From the NCBI GenBank assembly GCA_946965045.2, contig OX337228.1:6324001-6388000 (forward strand): a DNA stretch of 64,000 nucleotides. Reading direction: 5' to 3'. The first letter of the stretch is position 1, and each line of letters begins with the position of its first letter. Below are positions 31,945 through 41,290 of this stretch, piece after piece. The DNA comes from Epithemia pelagica. Its lineage: Eukaryota; Protista; Bacillariophyta. A model generated the notes under the pieces. It was not told the DNA's origin. It was given only the letters and a program-made list of their open reading frames with translations, and did not search any database. The position numbers were made by a program, and so were the translations under genes.

Positions 31945-33675
31945 TTATTTCTTTTTGGTCACGGCCGCCATCATTTTCAATTCCAAAGTATCCAGCCGCT
32001 GCATGATTTTATCTTCCATATGATTGACAAGATTGCGCAACTTTTGTTCAATGCGTGCTTCCAAGTCAGCGACTCGAGCCTGCACTCGTTCTTCGACCAT
32101 CCGTTCCATATCGTTATTGGGTGTAAACGAATTCAATCGACCATTTGCCGTCGCGATTCCCCCCGAAGACCCAATGCCGCCTCCCACCGTTGGTTTCATA
32201 CCATAGGCCCCTGCTGTCGATCGAAAGGCCGAAACACGGTTCCGTTCGTGCCAGGCCGACTTTTTATGACTCCCCGAAAACTCTTCTCCGGATACTGTGC
32301 TTAACCCCGTCACCGAATTTCCATCTGTTCCATGGATATCTCCCGTTTCGGCCACAGCAATCTCGGCCAAAGGCGCACATGTCGTGGAAAAGTTGGTCGG
32401 ACTCTTGAAGGAGGAAGACAATTGCACTCCACCTTGTTGTGGATGTGGTTGTAGTGAATGTTTCTTGTTGATGGATGCCAAAAAAGCATTGGCCAAATTT
32501 CCGGCCTTGAGGGAGCGCGACGATATGGAGGCATTGGTCGTCTCGGCAGCCTTGGGATTGTTTCTGGGAGAACCAACATGGGCTGGTCGTTCTTCACCTC
32601 CAATCAGAATGGGATCCAAACTGGGACTCATGGTGGTACCAATTTCCAACTCGTCCTTTTCTCCACTACTCTCCTTCTGTTTGCCCTCGTAAATGTCAAT
32701 TTTGGGAGGATGATCGCGCGAGGCGAATTGTGCGGCATAGGCTGGATCCACGGTTCGTCTCACTCCATTGGAATTTTTGGTGGTTTTCGTGGAGCTCCCT
32801 GTTTTACCGTAGACACTAATTCGTTCCTTAATGGATGGCGTTCCATGAAGCTGTGCTTCAGCATAGTCTTCCTTCTTCTCTTCCCCATACCCATTCGCTT
32901 GATTGGTAGACCCATTTTCGTTCCAGGAGGGGGAAAGTTCCACCTTTGGTTGCATCCGTTGTCCGTTTGTCGTAGTGTTATTCGTTTGGGAAAGGAGCAT
33001 GCCTCGCTTGGGCGGTGATGTGACCATGCCTCCTCCCCCAGATCGTTTAGGTGAAATGGAATTTGTCACCACCAAATGAGAATTGGAGTGATTGATAGTT
33101 ACGGCCAAGGGATCTACCACTTCTTCCGAATGCGACATGGATGGAGGTGGCGATTGTGATTGTTGTAGTTTGACAGGAGGCCATCGTTTGGCCAGTTGTG
33201 GTCTACCTCGAGAAAGACTACGAGCTCGACGAGGTTCCAGTTCTACCTGTTGCTGCTGTTGCACTGGCGGTTGTTGCGACAAAGCTTCGACCGGTTCGGG
33301 AGCTCCAGACACTGCCGTGTTGTTGTTGTTNNNNNNNNNNNNNNNNNNNNNNNNNNNNNNNNNNNNNNNNNNNNNNNNNNNNNNNNNNNNNNNNNNNNNN
33401 NNNNNNNNNNNNNNNNNNNNNNNNNNNNNNNNNNNNNNNNNNNNNNNNNNNNNNNNNNNNNNNNNNNNNNNNNNNNNNNNNNNNNNNNNNNNNNNNNNNN
33501 NNNNNNNNNNNNNNNNNNNNNNNNNNNNNNGTTGAAAGGATGCCTTGTGGTTATTGGCCGCGGCAATTTCTCGCACCGTGGATCGATGGCGTTGATTGGG
33601 AAAGGCCACAACCTTGTGATTTCGATACTGTTCTTCCAGTTCGCTGGCCGCCGCAAAGTCTTGTTCGTTCTCCAT
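31945..33675 (-). CDS. Uncharacterised low-complexity protein with a C-terminal coiled coil, interrupted by an assembly gap
   Basis: Open frame on both sides of the N run; C-terminal heptads (MVEERVQARVADLEARIEQKL). Frame across the gap cannot be verified. Confidence 0.6.
   Translation of the reverse strand: MENEQDFAAASELEEQYRNHKVVAFPNQRHRSTVREIAAANNHKASFQXXXXXXXXXXXXXXXXXXXXXXXXXXXXXXXXXXXXXXXXXXXXXXXXXXXXXXXXXXXXXXXXXXXNNNNTAVSGAPEPVEALSQQPPVQQQQQVELEPRRARSLSRGRPQLAKRWPPVKLQQSQSPPPSMSHSEEVVDPLAVTINHSNSHLVVTNSISPKRSGGGGMVTSPPKRGMLLSQTNNTTTNGQRMQPKVELSPSWNENGSTNQANGYGEEKKEDYAEAQLHGTPSIKERISVYGKTGSSTKTTKNSNGVRRTVDPAYAAQFASRDHPPKIDIYEGKQKESSGEKDELEIGTTMSPSLDPILIGGEERPAHVGSPRNNPKAAETTNASISSRSLKAGNLANAFLASINKKHSLQPHPQQGGVQLSSSFKSPTNFSTTCAPLAEIAVAETGDIHGTDGNSVTGLSTVSGEEFSGSHKKSAWHERNRVSAFRSTAGAYGMKPTVGGGIGSSGGIATANGRLNSFTPNNDMERMVEERVQARVADLEARIEQKLRNLVNHMEDKIMQRLDTLELKMMAAVTKKK
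33331..33530. other. Assembly gap (200 N) at a (GTT/AAC)n microsatellite
   Basis: N run read directly; left flank tgttgttgttgtt, right flank gttg. Confidence 0.98.
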
Positions 33676-34924
33676 TCTGCGGTGTGTTCTGATGGATCTT
33701 ACAAGAAACTAGGAGTAATAAATCCAAACAAACTTGCTTCTTTGTCGCAAACTTTCAAAAGGATGTGTAGTAGTGACTGGTTCAGCGTAGGAGACAACAC
33801 AAGTCGAAAACTCTCTCCCAATTTCACCAATGAATGTATGTTGTACTCGTTGTTCTACAATTGAATGTGTAATGTGGAAACAAGAAGACTCTGGATTTGG
33901 ACAAGGTGCATGTCAGGTCGACTCCTCGTTCTGCGTCGATACCAAGGAAGACACCGAAGACAAGACGCCAACGAAAGCAGCGCTTGATCAAGAAGGCAAT
34001 CGAGTGAGATGCCACACAAAACGAAAGAAGATAAAACAAAGAGAGATTGCGAGTCTTGAAATGAGGGAATTGGCTCGCCAGTCCGGTGCGCGCTCCGACA
34101 TCTACTCTTTGTATCGCCCATCCGGAAAAACGAGCGTGCATGGCAGATCTTGCTACCGTTCTTCCAAACAATGGTCCTTGCTGGGACTCACATGTCGCTT
34201 GTCGCATGTCGCATCTCCGCGTCCGCTGAGCGATTCTTTTCTCCGTCTGTCCGTGCCTTCCTCTGGACCGTTGCGATACACACGGGTACGAGTACTTAGA
34301 GCATATGGCTTATCTATCAAATGGCCATTCTTCCATGTCAGGCCTAATCCCTGAAATTGCCCCCACGCCCGTCCACATCTCAACGGATACAGAGATGGTT
34401 GGGAGGAGGAGGACTCCATCGGTTTCTGTGCAATCGAGTCGTTGATTTACTTCTCCATCCAACGAACAAGCAAACAATCGTGTGCTCTTTACAAGACAAC
34501 GCAACGACGTTGGTTCAGGTTCGTTGGGCATTGCGGAGGACGAGACATCGCAGCGAGAGAGACTTTGGGCTGTGCATTGTTCTAGCCTCGACAGCAATCC
34601 TTGAAATTGGTAGAGCCCTATTGTGGAAACTGTATCGAAAGAGGGGTTACAATAGCGAAGCATTACATACGCAACAACAATAACAAAAGCAGCATTCAAA
34701 AGCCTCCAACAAAGCTGACCTACGTTGCTTCTGCATCTTCGCCACTGCTATTGCTATTGATTGCTGTGGAAATAGGGGATTGAGAGTAGTGTATTTTCTT
34801 TGTGCTTCTGTTTTGCTGGCTTGCATCGGTCGCCCTCTTTGACTTTGGATAGTACCAAGTACAACGGTTGGCCCTTCAATCCTTCTTGTATTGATCCGAT
34901 CTCATTGAAAAGAAGGCAGCAATC

Positions 34925-36420
34925 ATGGCGACTGCCACTTCACCAGCACCGGACGATCGCAGTTCAAAGCGACAAAAAGGTGATGAGAACGGAAGCAGCA
35001 GTCAAGGAGGAGACAATATGTTTCCATCTAGACCACCGCAACATCCGAGTCAGATGTATCCACCCGGATACATGGGCATGGGCGGTGGCGGCCCTTACAT
35101 GGGAGGTGCCGGAATGCCTCCGTATCCAGGCCAGTATGGCAATCCACACGGTCCGCCTCCTCCTCATTATGGAGGCATGTACGGTGGAGGAGGTCCTCCT
35201 CCTCCACCCGTGCGGGGACATGGCAACTCGCCCGAACGTCCTGGTCGTCCCTGGAACGGTGGTGGAGGATATCGAGGACCACACTCTTCGTCGAATGGTA
35301 AAAAGGAAATGGACACTCCGAATGGACCACCTCAACAGCAGCAACAACAACAGCATGCGCCCAATCAACATCCTTATCCACCAGGAGCTGGATGGGGTCA
35401 TCCCCAATCTTGGCAACCGGGACATCCTCCTCCTCCCTATGGCGGTCCGCACCCTGGATATCCAGGAGGTTCCATGCCAGGCATGTACTCCCAACAGTCT
35501 GGGGGTGGTGGAGGTGGTGCCTGGGGACCCAATGGTGGTGCACATTCACCCAACGAAGGAGGCCGCATGAATACGACGAATGCGTCGGTCTCGTCCAACA
35601 AATCACCCTCGCGAAATCGGCCTCGACCCGAAAGTGCCACCCCTGATCCTTCGAGAACACAGCCACCACTGCCCGTTCGAAGTGACAATGCGAGCAATGC
35701 CCTGTATTTCATGGACATTGGAACCACTCCCACCAGATGCATGTCGGTGACACAAGATTATGGGGAAGAAGGCTCGTCGGTCTCCGGAAGTACCAAAGAT
35801 AAGGGACGGGGGAGTTACAAATGCGGCCGGGTGAGTGATTTAAGGCGTTTGCGTTTGCATCTTTTTTCTGTGTCGAGATGGAGAATCTCACCATGGGTTG
35901 TTTTGTGTTCTGTTTTTAATAGTGCGGCGCTCCGAAAAAAGGTCACATTTGTCCCTATCAGCCGAAACTCAAGAGAAGACCCGATGAACCTCCCCCCGAA
36001 ACTCGCAACGCTGCAGTTCAAGTAGAAATGGATGAATTCATGACCCTTCGAAGACTGAATATTCGAATTCAAGGCTTTCCGGAATCCTATGCGACTGAAC
36101 CCTTTATGGGTCCCAGTATGGTCGGAGCCGAGCCACATGTCGAAGACGCCTACTTGCCACCCGGCTCGTCGCATCCACACCATGGTGATGGAGACATGGT
36201 GGTGAATATGCTTCCCATGGAAGATATTTACAGCAGACCGCCGCCCCCACAACAACGAGGACCCGAAAGCAATGACGTACCACTCATGGAGAAGGATTCG
36301 ACCGAACCCATGGCGCCATCGAGTAGTCCTCAGCCCAAACCCGAAACCATGGACACGGCAACGGACGTGCATGACGATGGAGATCCAACCGAAAAAGAAG
36401 AAAAATCAGCCATGGTGTAA
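34925..36420 (+). CDS. Pro/Gly/Tyr/Gln-rich protein with a C2HC zinc-finger motif; exons 34925-35830 and 35923-36420 (468 codons)
   Basis: GT-AG intron 35831-35922 joins YKCGR to CGAPKKGHICPYQPK, giving C-x2-C-x6-H-x-C, followed by an ordered segment VQVEMDEFMTLRRLNIRIQGFPESY. Confidence 0.8.
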
Positions 36421-37247
36421 AGGGGATCTCACGCCAGATAAACGATTTGACGATAGGGAGAACAACTCTACAGGGCAGTTGCCTTATACATCAAACTCTA
36501 GATCCTATTCTTGTATTGTTATGTTGCTGTCTCGTCTCGGTGGTCCAAGTTTGCCGTTCCTAACTGAAAATTAAAGCTTCGGACTTCCGTAAGAAGAGAA
36601 TATGGCTTATGGATTGCTGAAAACGAACATCAAATACCTTACCACAAGGCGATTAGGAGTTTGTCTAAAGGAGTTGTACTGGCCTATTTTTGCTATGGCA
36701 TTTGCGAAGGGGTTGGGGAGTCCCGGATGACATGTTTTCTTGAGTCTTGTGAAAACCCTCCCATCTAAAATCTCCAGCTGACCCAATGACCCTCTTTTTG
36801 TAAATTTTCGGCGAGTTTTGCGATTGCAGTGCGCTAAGAAAGGAGTGCGAAACGCCACCCTCTACTTCGCTCTTGGCGCATCTCCAACCTTGTCGTTCTC
36901 CGATCAGAGGGGGCACTACACGGGGGTTTTGCCACCAACGAGAAACACACAAACAAGTGAAACAACATCACAACAAGAGAAACAAAAAGTCTCTGTCCCC
37001 GTCTCCATCGTTTGTTGATCAACTCGCTATTCCTTTATCAAGCACACCTAGAAGGAAAGGCTCGCAGGTCATCGCGACACTCAGGCAACAGCAAATCGGG
37101 GCGTTTGACGGACAACATTGGGCTGAACGTGAAAACATTACAGGTGGAAACGAAACACGGTCCTGCATCAGGTCCAAGTCATTTCTTTGTGGTTGAACAC
37201 GGTTATCAGAGACTGTTTATTGGATACAGTCTCCTGAAAGAGAAACA

Positions 37248-39263
37248 ATGGCAGATGAAAACCTCAACATCAGCATTGATGAAGCGTTGCTCCGGCCAGA
37301 ACAACTGAAACAGTTTTCTCCTGCCGAAAGACTTTCGGTGAAGATCTCGTCAACTCCGACAACCTCGTGCACTTCTCATGAAAGCTCCCCATCAATCAGC
37401 TCTAGAACAACTGAAACGGAGTTTGAAGAGTCTCACGTCTGCTATAGAGATCCACGAAATGACATTCTTTCAACGGGGGCGACCATTGCCAGTGTTCCCC
37501 TCGCTTCTCCTCGCAGACCTCGCTTAGATCGTCGATATGCTGCTCGCCTACCACCTTCTTTCCGGAAGCCTTCTCCACGTACTATGCCTCCTCCTCATAC
37601 AGAAGTGGATGAATTAACGCCTCCACCCGGTATTACAAGAGATCGTTCGATTTTCAGACCTACACCAATCCTCACCAACTTGGATGCGGATTCCAGCATT
37701 GACTTGGGGTCGTACGATGTTCCTACTGATAGAACTCTTTCAGAGACATCATTCTCTTCTGTGGGTAGACTAACTCCTCGCAGAATCACAACACGGTGTC
37801 CATCAGATACTGGGGTGTCGGACAGATACATCGCCAACCGTGCCACCTCAAATCTGAACATGAATTTATTTGAAGGAGCGTCTCGGAGAATGGACAGCCC
37901 TAGAGTACCGGGAACGGCAGTCAGTAATACGGAAGAAAGTGAGAGCCCTTCAAACTCAGTGTCTGGGTCAGGTTCCAGCTCTCAGCAAGGTTTTCTGAAC
38001 ACTCTTCTCCGTACGGAACTTCTCGGAGAAAATGAGAATGCACCCACTCCTTCGTCTTCTTCAAACGGCACTGCTAATAGCTCTTCGCGACCGCTACACA
38101 CAGCCGAGAGGGAGACAAACAATCTTCGCTTTACAAGTCCGCGACAGGCCTACCAAGCAAGCGTGTTTGATACTGCAGGTCCAACAGCGATCGTAAATTC
38201 TTTTAGTCTTTCCCCTGTCCGAAGTGCGGCCAGTCAAAGATTAATGGCTTCTCCACCGAAGCGGAAAAGAAGGATCTCCAAAGTACCTTTTAAAGTACTT
38301 GATGCACCAGCTCTACAAGATGATTTTTACTTGAATCTCGTCTCATGGAGCTCGCAGAATATCCTTGCCGTTGGCTTAGGATCCTGTGTCTACTTATGGA
38401 GTGCATGTACATCAAAGGTTACGAAACTTTGTGACTTGGAAGCCACTGAAGATGCCGTCACATCGGTGGCCTGGGCTCAGAGGGGAACGCATCTTGCCGT
38501 CGGAACAAATCGAGGGGAAGTGCAGCTATGGGATACGATCCAGTCCAAGAAAGTTCGATCAATGGCTGGCCATTCGTCTCGAGTAGGAGCCCTTGCGTGG
38601 ACTGGACCGGTTCTGGCAAGCGGTAGTCGCGATCGACTCATCTATCTACGTGATGTCCGAGTTCAGGCGTCGTACACAGACGTGCTATCTAACCATAAAC
38701 AAGAGGTGTGTGGATTGAAATGGTCTTTTGATGAACCTGCATTTTTGGCCTCTGGTGGAAATGACAACCACCTTCATGTTATTGATAGCCGTCATCCTTG
38801 CTCGCCAGTCCACAAGTTTACAGATCACACAGCCGCTGTCAAGGCAATAACCTGGTCTCCCCATCAGCATGGTCTTCTGGCTAGTGGGGGAGGGACAGCA
38901 GATCGGTGCATCCGGTTCTGGAACACCTTGAGTGGTGTTGGTCTAAACAAAATTGATACTGGAAGTCAAGTGTGCAACATCGCATGGTCTCTCAACTGCA
39001 ATGAGATTGTGAGCACACATGGATATTCCCTTCATCAGATTGTTGTTTGGCGATACCCCAGCATGACCAAGGTTACCACACTCACCGGACACACCTACCG
39101 TGTCCTATATTTGGCCATGTCCCCGGATGGCAGCACCATTGTGACGGGTGCTGGTGATGAAACGCTTCGATTTTGGCAGATCTTTCCGGGCCCTCGCTCT
39201 CGAGAGAAAGATGGTGCAGGTGGACTTCTCTTTCCGAAAACATTGGGTTCCGTCATTCGCTAA
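37248..39263 (+). CDS. FZR1: APC/C coactivator Cdh1/fizzy-related
   Basis: C-box DRYI, KVPFKVLDAPALQDDFYLNLVSWS, WD40 repeats (HKQEVCGLKWS, ASGGGTADRCIRFWN, GAGDETLRFW), C-terminal IR tail. Confidence 0.96.
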   Translation: MADENLNISIDEALLRPEQLKQFSPAERLSVKISSTPTTSCTSHESSPSISSRTTETEFEESHVCYRDPRNDILSTGATIASVPLASPRRPRLDRRYAARLPPSFRKPSPRTMPPPHTEVDELTPPPGITRDRSIFRPTPILTNLDADSSIDLGSYDVPTDRTLSETSFSSVGRLTPRRITTRCPSDTGVSDRYIANRATSNLNMNLFEGASRRMDSPRVPGTAVSNTEESESPSNSVSGSGSSSQQGFLNTLLRTELLGENENAPTPSSSSNGTANSSSRPLHTAERETNNLRFTSPRQAYQASVFDTAGPTAIVNSFSLSPVRSAASQRLMASPPKRKRRISKVPFKVLDAPALQDDFYLNLVSWSSQNILAVGLGSCVYLWSACTSKVTKLCDLEATEDAVTSVAWAQRGTHLAVGTNRGEVQLWDTIQSKKVRSMAGHSSRVGALAWTGPVLASGSRDRLIYLRDVRVQASYTDVLSNHKQEVCGLKWSFDEPAFLASGGNDNHLHVIDSRHPCSPVHKFTDHTAAVKAITWSPHQHGLLASGGGTADRCIRFWNTLSGVGLNKIDTGSQVCNIAWSLNCNEIVSTHGYSLHQIVVWRYPSMTKVTTLTGHTYRVLYLAMSPDGSTIVTGAGDETLRFWQIFPGPRSREKDGAGGLLFPKTLGSVIR

Positions 39264-39534
39264 AAAGACTCATCGCACAAGACCACCTCACTACATTCAG
39301 TTCTTCATCCGCTAACGATGAAAAATAAATAGAAAGATGCTTTTATTCTCTTCCAGATTTTGTAGCTATGGGATGCACGACACATCTTCCTCTATATTCG
39401 TTGGATTCTGTGGCAGACCTTGCGTTGTTCGTTAACGATAGCTTGAGAGAGGCTACGAGGAGGGTAGCAAAGACAGTAGTACATAGTACATCATAGGAGT
39501 AGTATTAATACTTCCCGGTGTCGAGTCCTTTCAA

Positions 39535-39591
39535 GGAGGGACCGCCCGGCGCGGAGGGTAGAATGACGAGGAGGGCAATGGTCGAGGAGGG
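39535..39591. repeat. Four phased GGAGGG motifs (16-18 bp period)
   Basis: GGAGGG at 39535, 39553, 39570 and 39586; the last two share CGAGGAGGGC. Confidence 0.7.
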
Positions 39592-39735
39592 CGCACGCCT
39601 GACAAGAAAATTGCCCGTCGAGTCATTCTCCCGACAAGCCGGGCGCGCCCGACGCGAGAGGACGGCCAGACACAGGGAAGTAGTAAACTTACTCCCTATC
39701 AAGCTGTGTAGGTAGTGAGAAATTCCTAGAAGCCA

Positions 39736-39777
39736 TGTCGCAAAGTGTCACACAAGTGTCGCACAAGTGTCACACAC
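39736..39777. repeat. About four copies of an ~11-bp tandem unit GTGTC(A/G)CACAA
   Basis: tgtcgcaaa gtgtcacacaa gtgtcgcacaa gtgtcacacac. Confidence 0.85.
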
Positions 39778-40324
39778 GAGAGGGAACCCGCGCGACTCAT
39801 TCCCGGTCGTACAAAAAATTCCTACTGTAGTATAAAAATGTGATACGAACTACCTACACAGTCTGGTATGGAGTTAGAAGTACACGAACACGCCGGCGGC
39901 ACTCTTCCTACTCCTGGGAGAGTCAAGCTGTATCCAATCTCTGTGGAGTGTATACATGTGCCTTCGTGTACTGATAGGAATTACTGTGTCTCCCACCACC
40001 ATTGCCGCCAATCGTCCACATGAGATCCAAAAAACTTTTCACACACAAGAGAAAATCGCTCCGTGGTCCATCGTAGAAGCTCTGAAGGTTCCACTCACAA
40101 GTCAAAGGTCTTGATTTTTCTCTAAGTCCGCGATTTAACAAGGGACAGAGAGAGAGCGGAGAGTTCAGACTTGGAATATTTTCCTTTCAGAAATCATTGT
40201 CCTCGGTAGCCATCAAAATCCCTTCGACAAAAAGTGAGCAACAGAAAACCTGCATCCAATCGCTCCTCGTGAATCCCTCTTGAATTGACCTTTCCCATTT
40301 CAACAGAGACTTTTCCAGGCCATC

Positions 40325-41113
40325 ATGTCTGTTTCCAGCGATGATGCAGAGTTCACTGGTGGCGAGGAGGTATCCGATGGATCCCCTCGACGAAGATCCA
40401 GGAAAGAGATATCGTATGCCGAAGAAGACGATGAAGAGGACGACGAACAAGAAATGGAACCCGACGATGACGACAGCGACGATGACATTCCTCTTTCCCA
40501 ATTAGCAGGGAAGAAGCAATCATCCTCCAATGGATCAACCAAGAATGGTCAAAAGAAAAAGGCTGCACCTGCAAAGAAAAAGACAAAAGCAGCAGCATCA
40601 CCTAAAAGACCTCCTCAAACAAGCAGTTCCAGCACCAGTGCTGCTTCTAGCAAGAAGTATGACTATCCTTCTGCGGCTCTATACCAAACAGAATGCGACA
40701 AAGGTCTGTTGATTCAACGACTCCTTTGTCGGTGGTGGTACGCTTATGAATGGCCCACCAATGCAAGGACAGAACCCCCACCAAACTATGATAGACTGGA
40801 TGGGTTTCCAGGGGTGTTTGTTTGTACTTCAGGGGATAACGTGGGGCATATATTGGATACTCGAGACAACTCTACAAGACCTTGCTTTCGTACGTTTGCT
40901 CGCAAATCAAGTGCTGAAGTCAAAGACCTGCTGCTCAAGGCAATCGATGCTCAACTGGGCGTCCTAGAAAACCAGCAGCATGCCCATGACACCACGAGTG
41001 TACAAAAGGAACTGAAAGATATGCGGAAATGGGCCAACAGGATAAATCCTCAAAAGGCTGACAAGGAGGCCAATAAGGTCCTCAAAGCATCTGGTCTTAA
41101 GCTGGATAGTTAG
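40325..41113 (+). CDS. Uncharacterised protein: acidic/basic disordered N-terminus and an ordered C-terminal domain
   Basis: 262-aa ORF from an ATG; globular-looking segment LLCRWWYAYEWP...LDGFPGVFVCTSG...ILDTR. No family assigned. Confidence 0.75.
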   Translation: MSVSSDDAEFTGGEEVSDGSPRRRSRKEISYAEEDDEEDDEQEMEPDDDDSDDDIPLSQLAGKKQSSSNGSTKNGQKKKAAPAKKKTKAAASPKRPPQTSSSSTSAASSKKYDYPSAALYQTECDKGLLIQRLLCRWWYAYEWPTNARTEPPPNYDRLDGFPGVFVCTSGDNVGHILDTRDNSTRPCFRTFARKSSAEVKDLLLKAIDAQLGVLENQQHAHDTTSVQKELKDMRKWANRINPQKADKEANKVLKASGLKLDS

Positions 41114-41290
41114 TTCAGTCAGGGGGCTCTTGTGACGCAATACTCTCTCTTTGCCGACAAGGCTATGCAAAAGAATAGTTAGCGCACTTTTGAAACAAAA
41201 TCTTTGGGGTACCACTTATTCCTTTTCGTAGGTAAAGGTATAACAACCTGACGTACAGCTCGATCGCATTCTCGACAACACAGGAGAAGT

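Noticed and set aside
33830-34354. 174-aa plus-strand ORF in the divergent intergenic region
   Set aside because: No motifs, and it overlaps GC-rich promoter-like sequence; it could be real but is unsupported without expression data.
39501-39512. Perfect 12-bp palindrome AGTATTAATACT
   Set aside because: About 15 such palindromes are expected by chance in 64 kb.
39638-39650. GCCGGGCGCG resembling the 5' end of 7SL/Alu RNA
   Set aside because: Similarity ends after 10 nt and no SRP helices follow.
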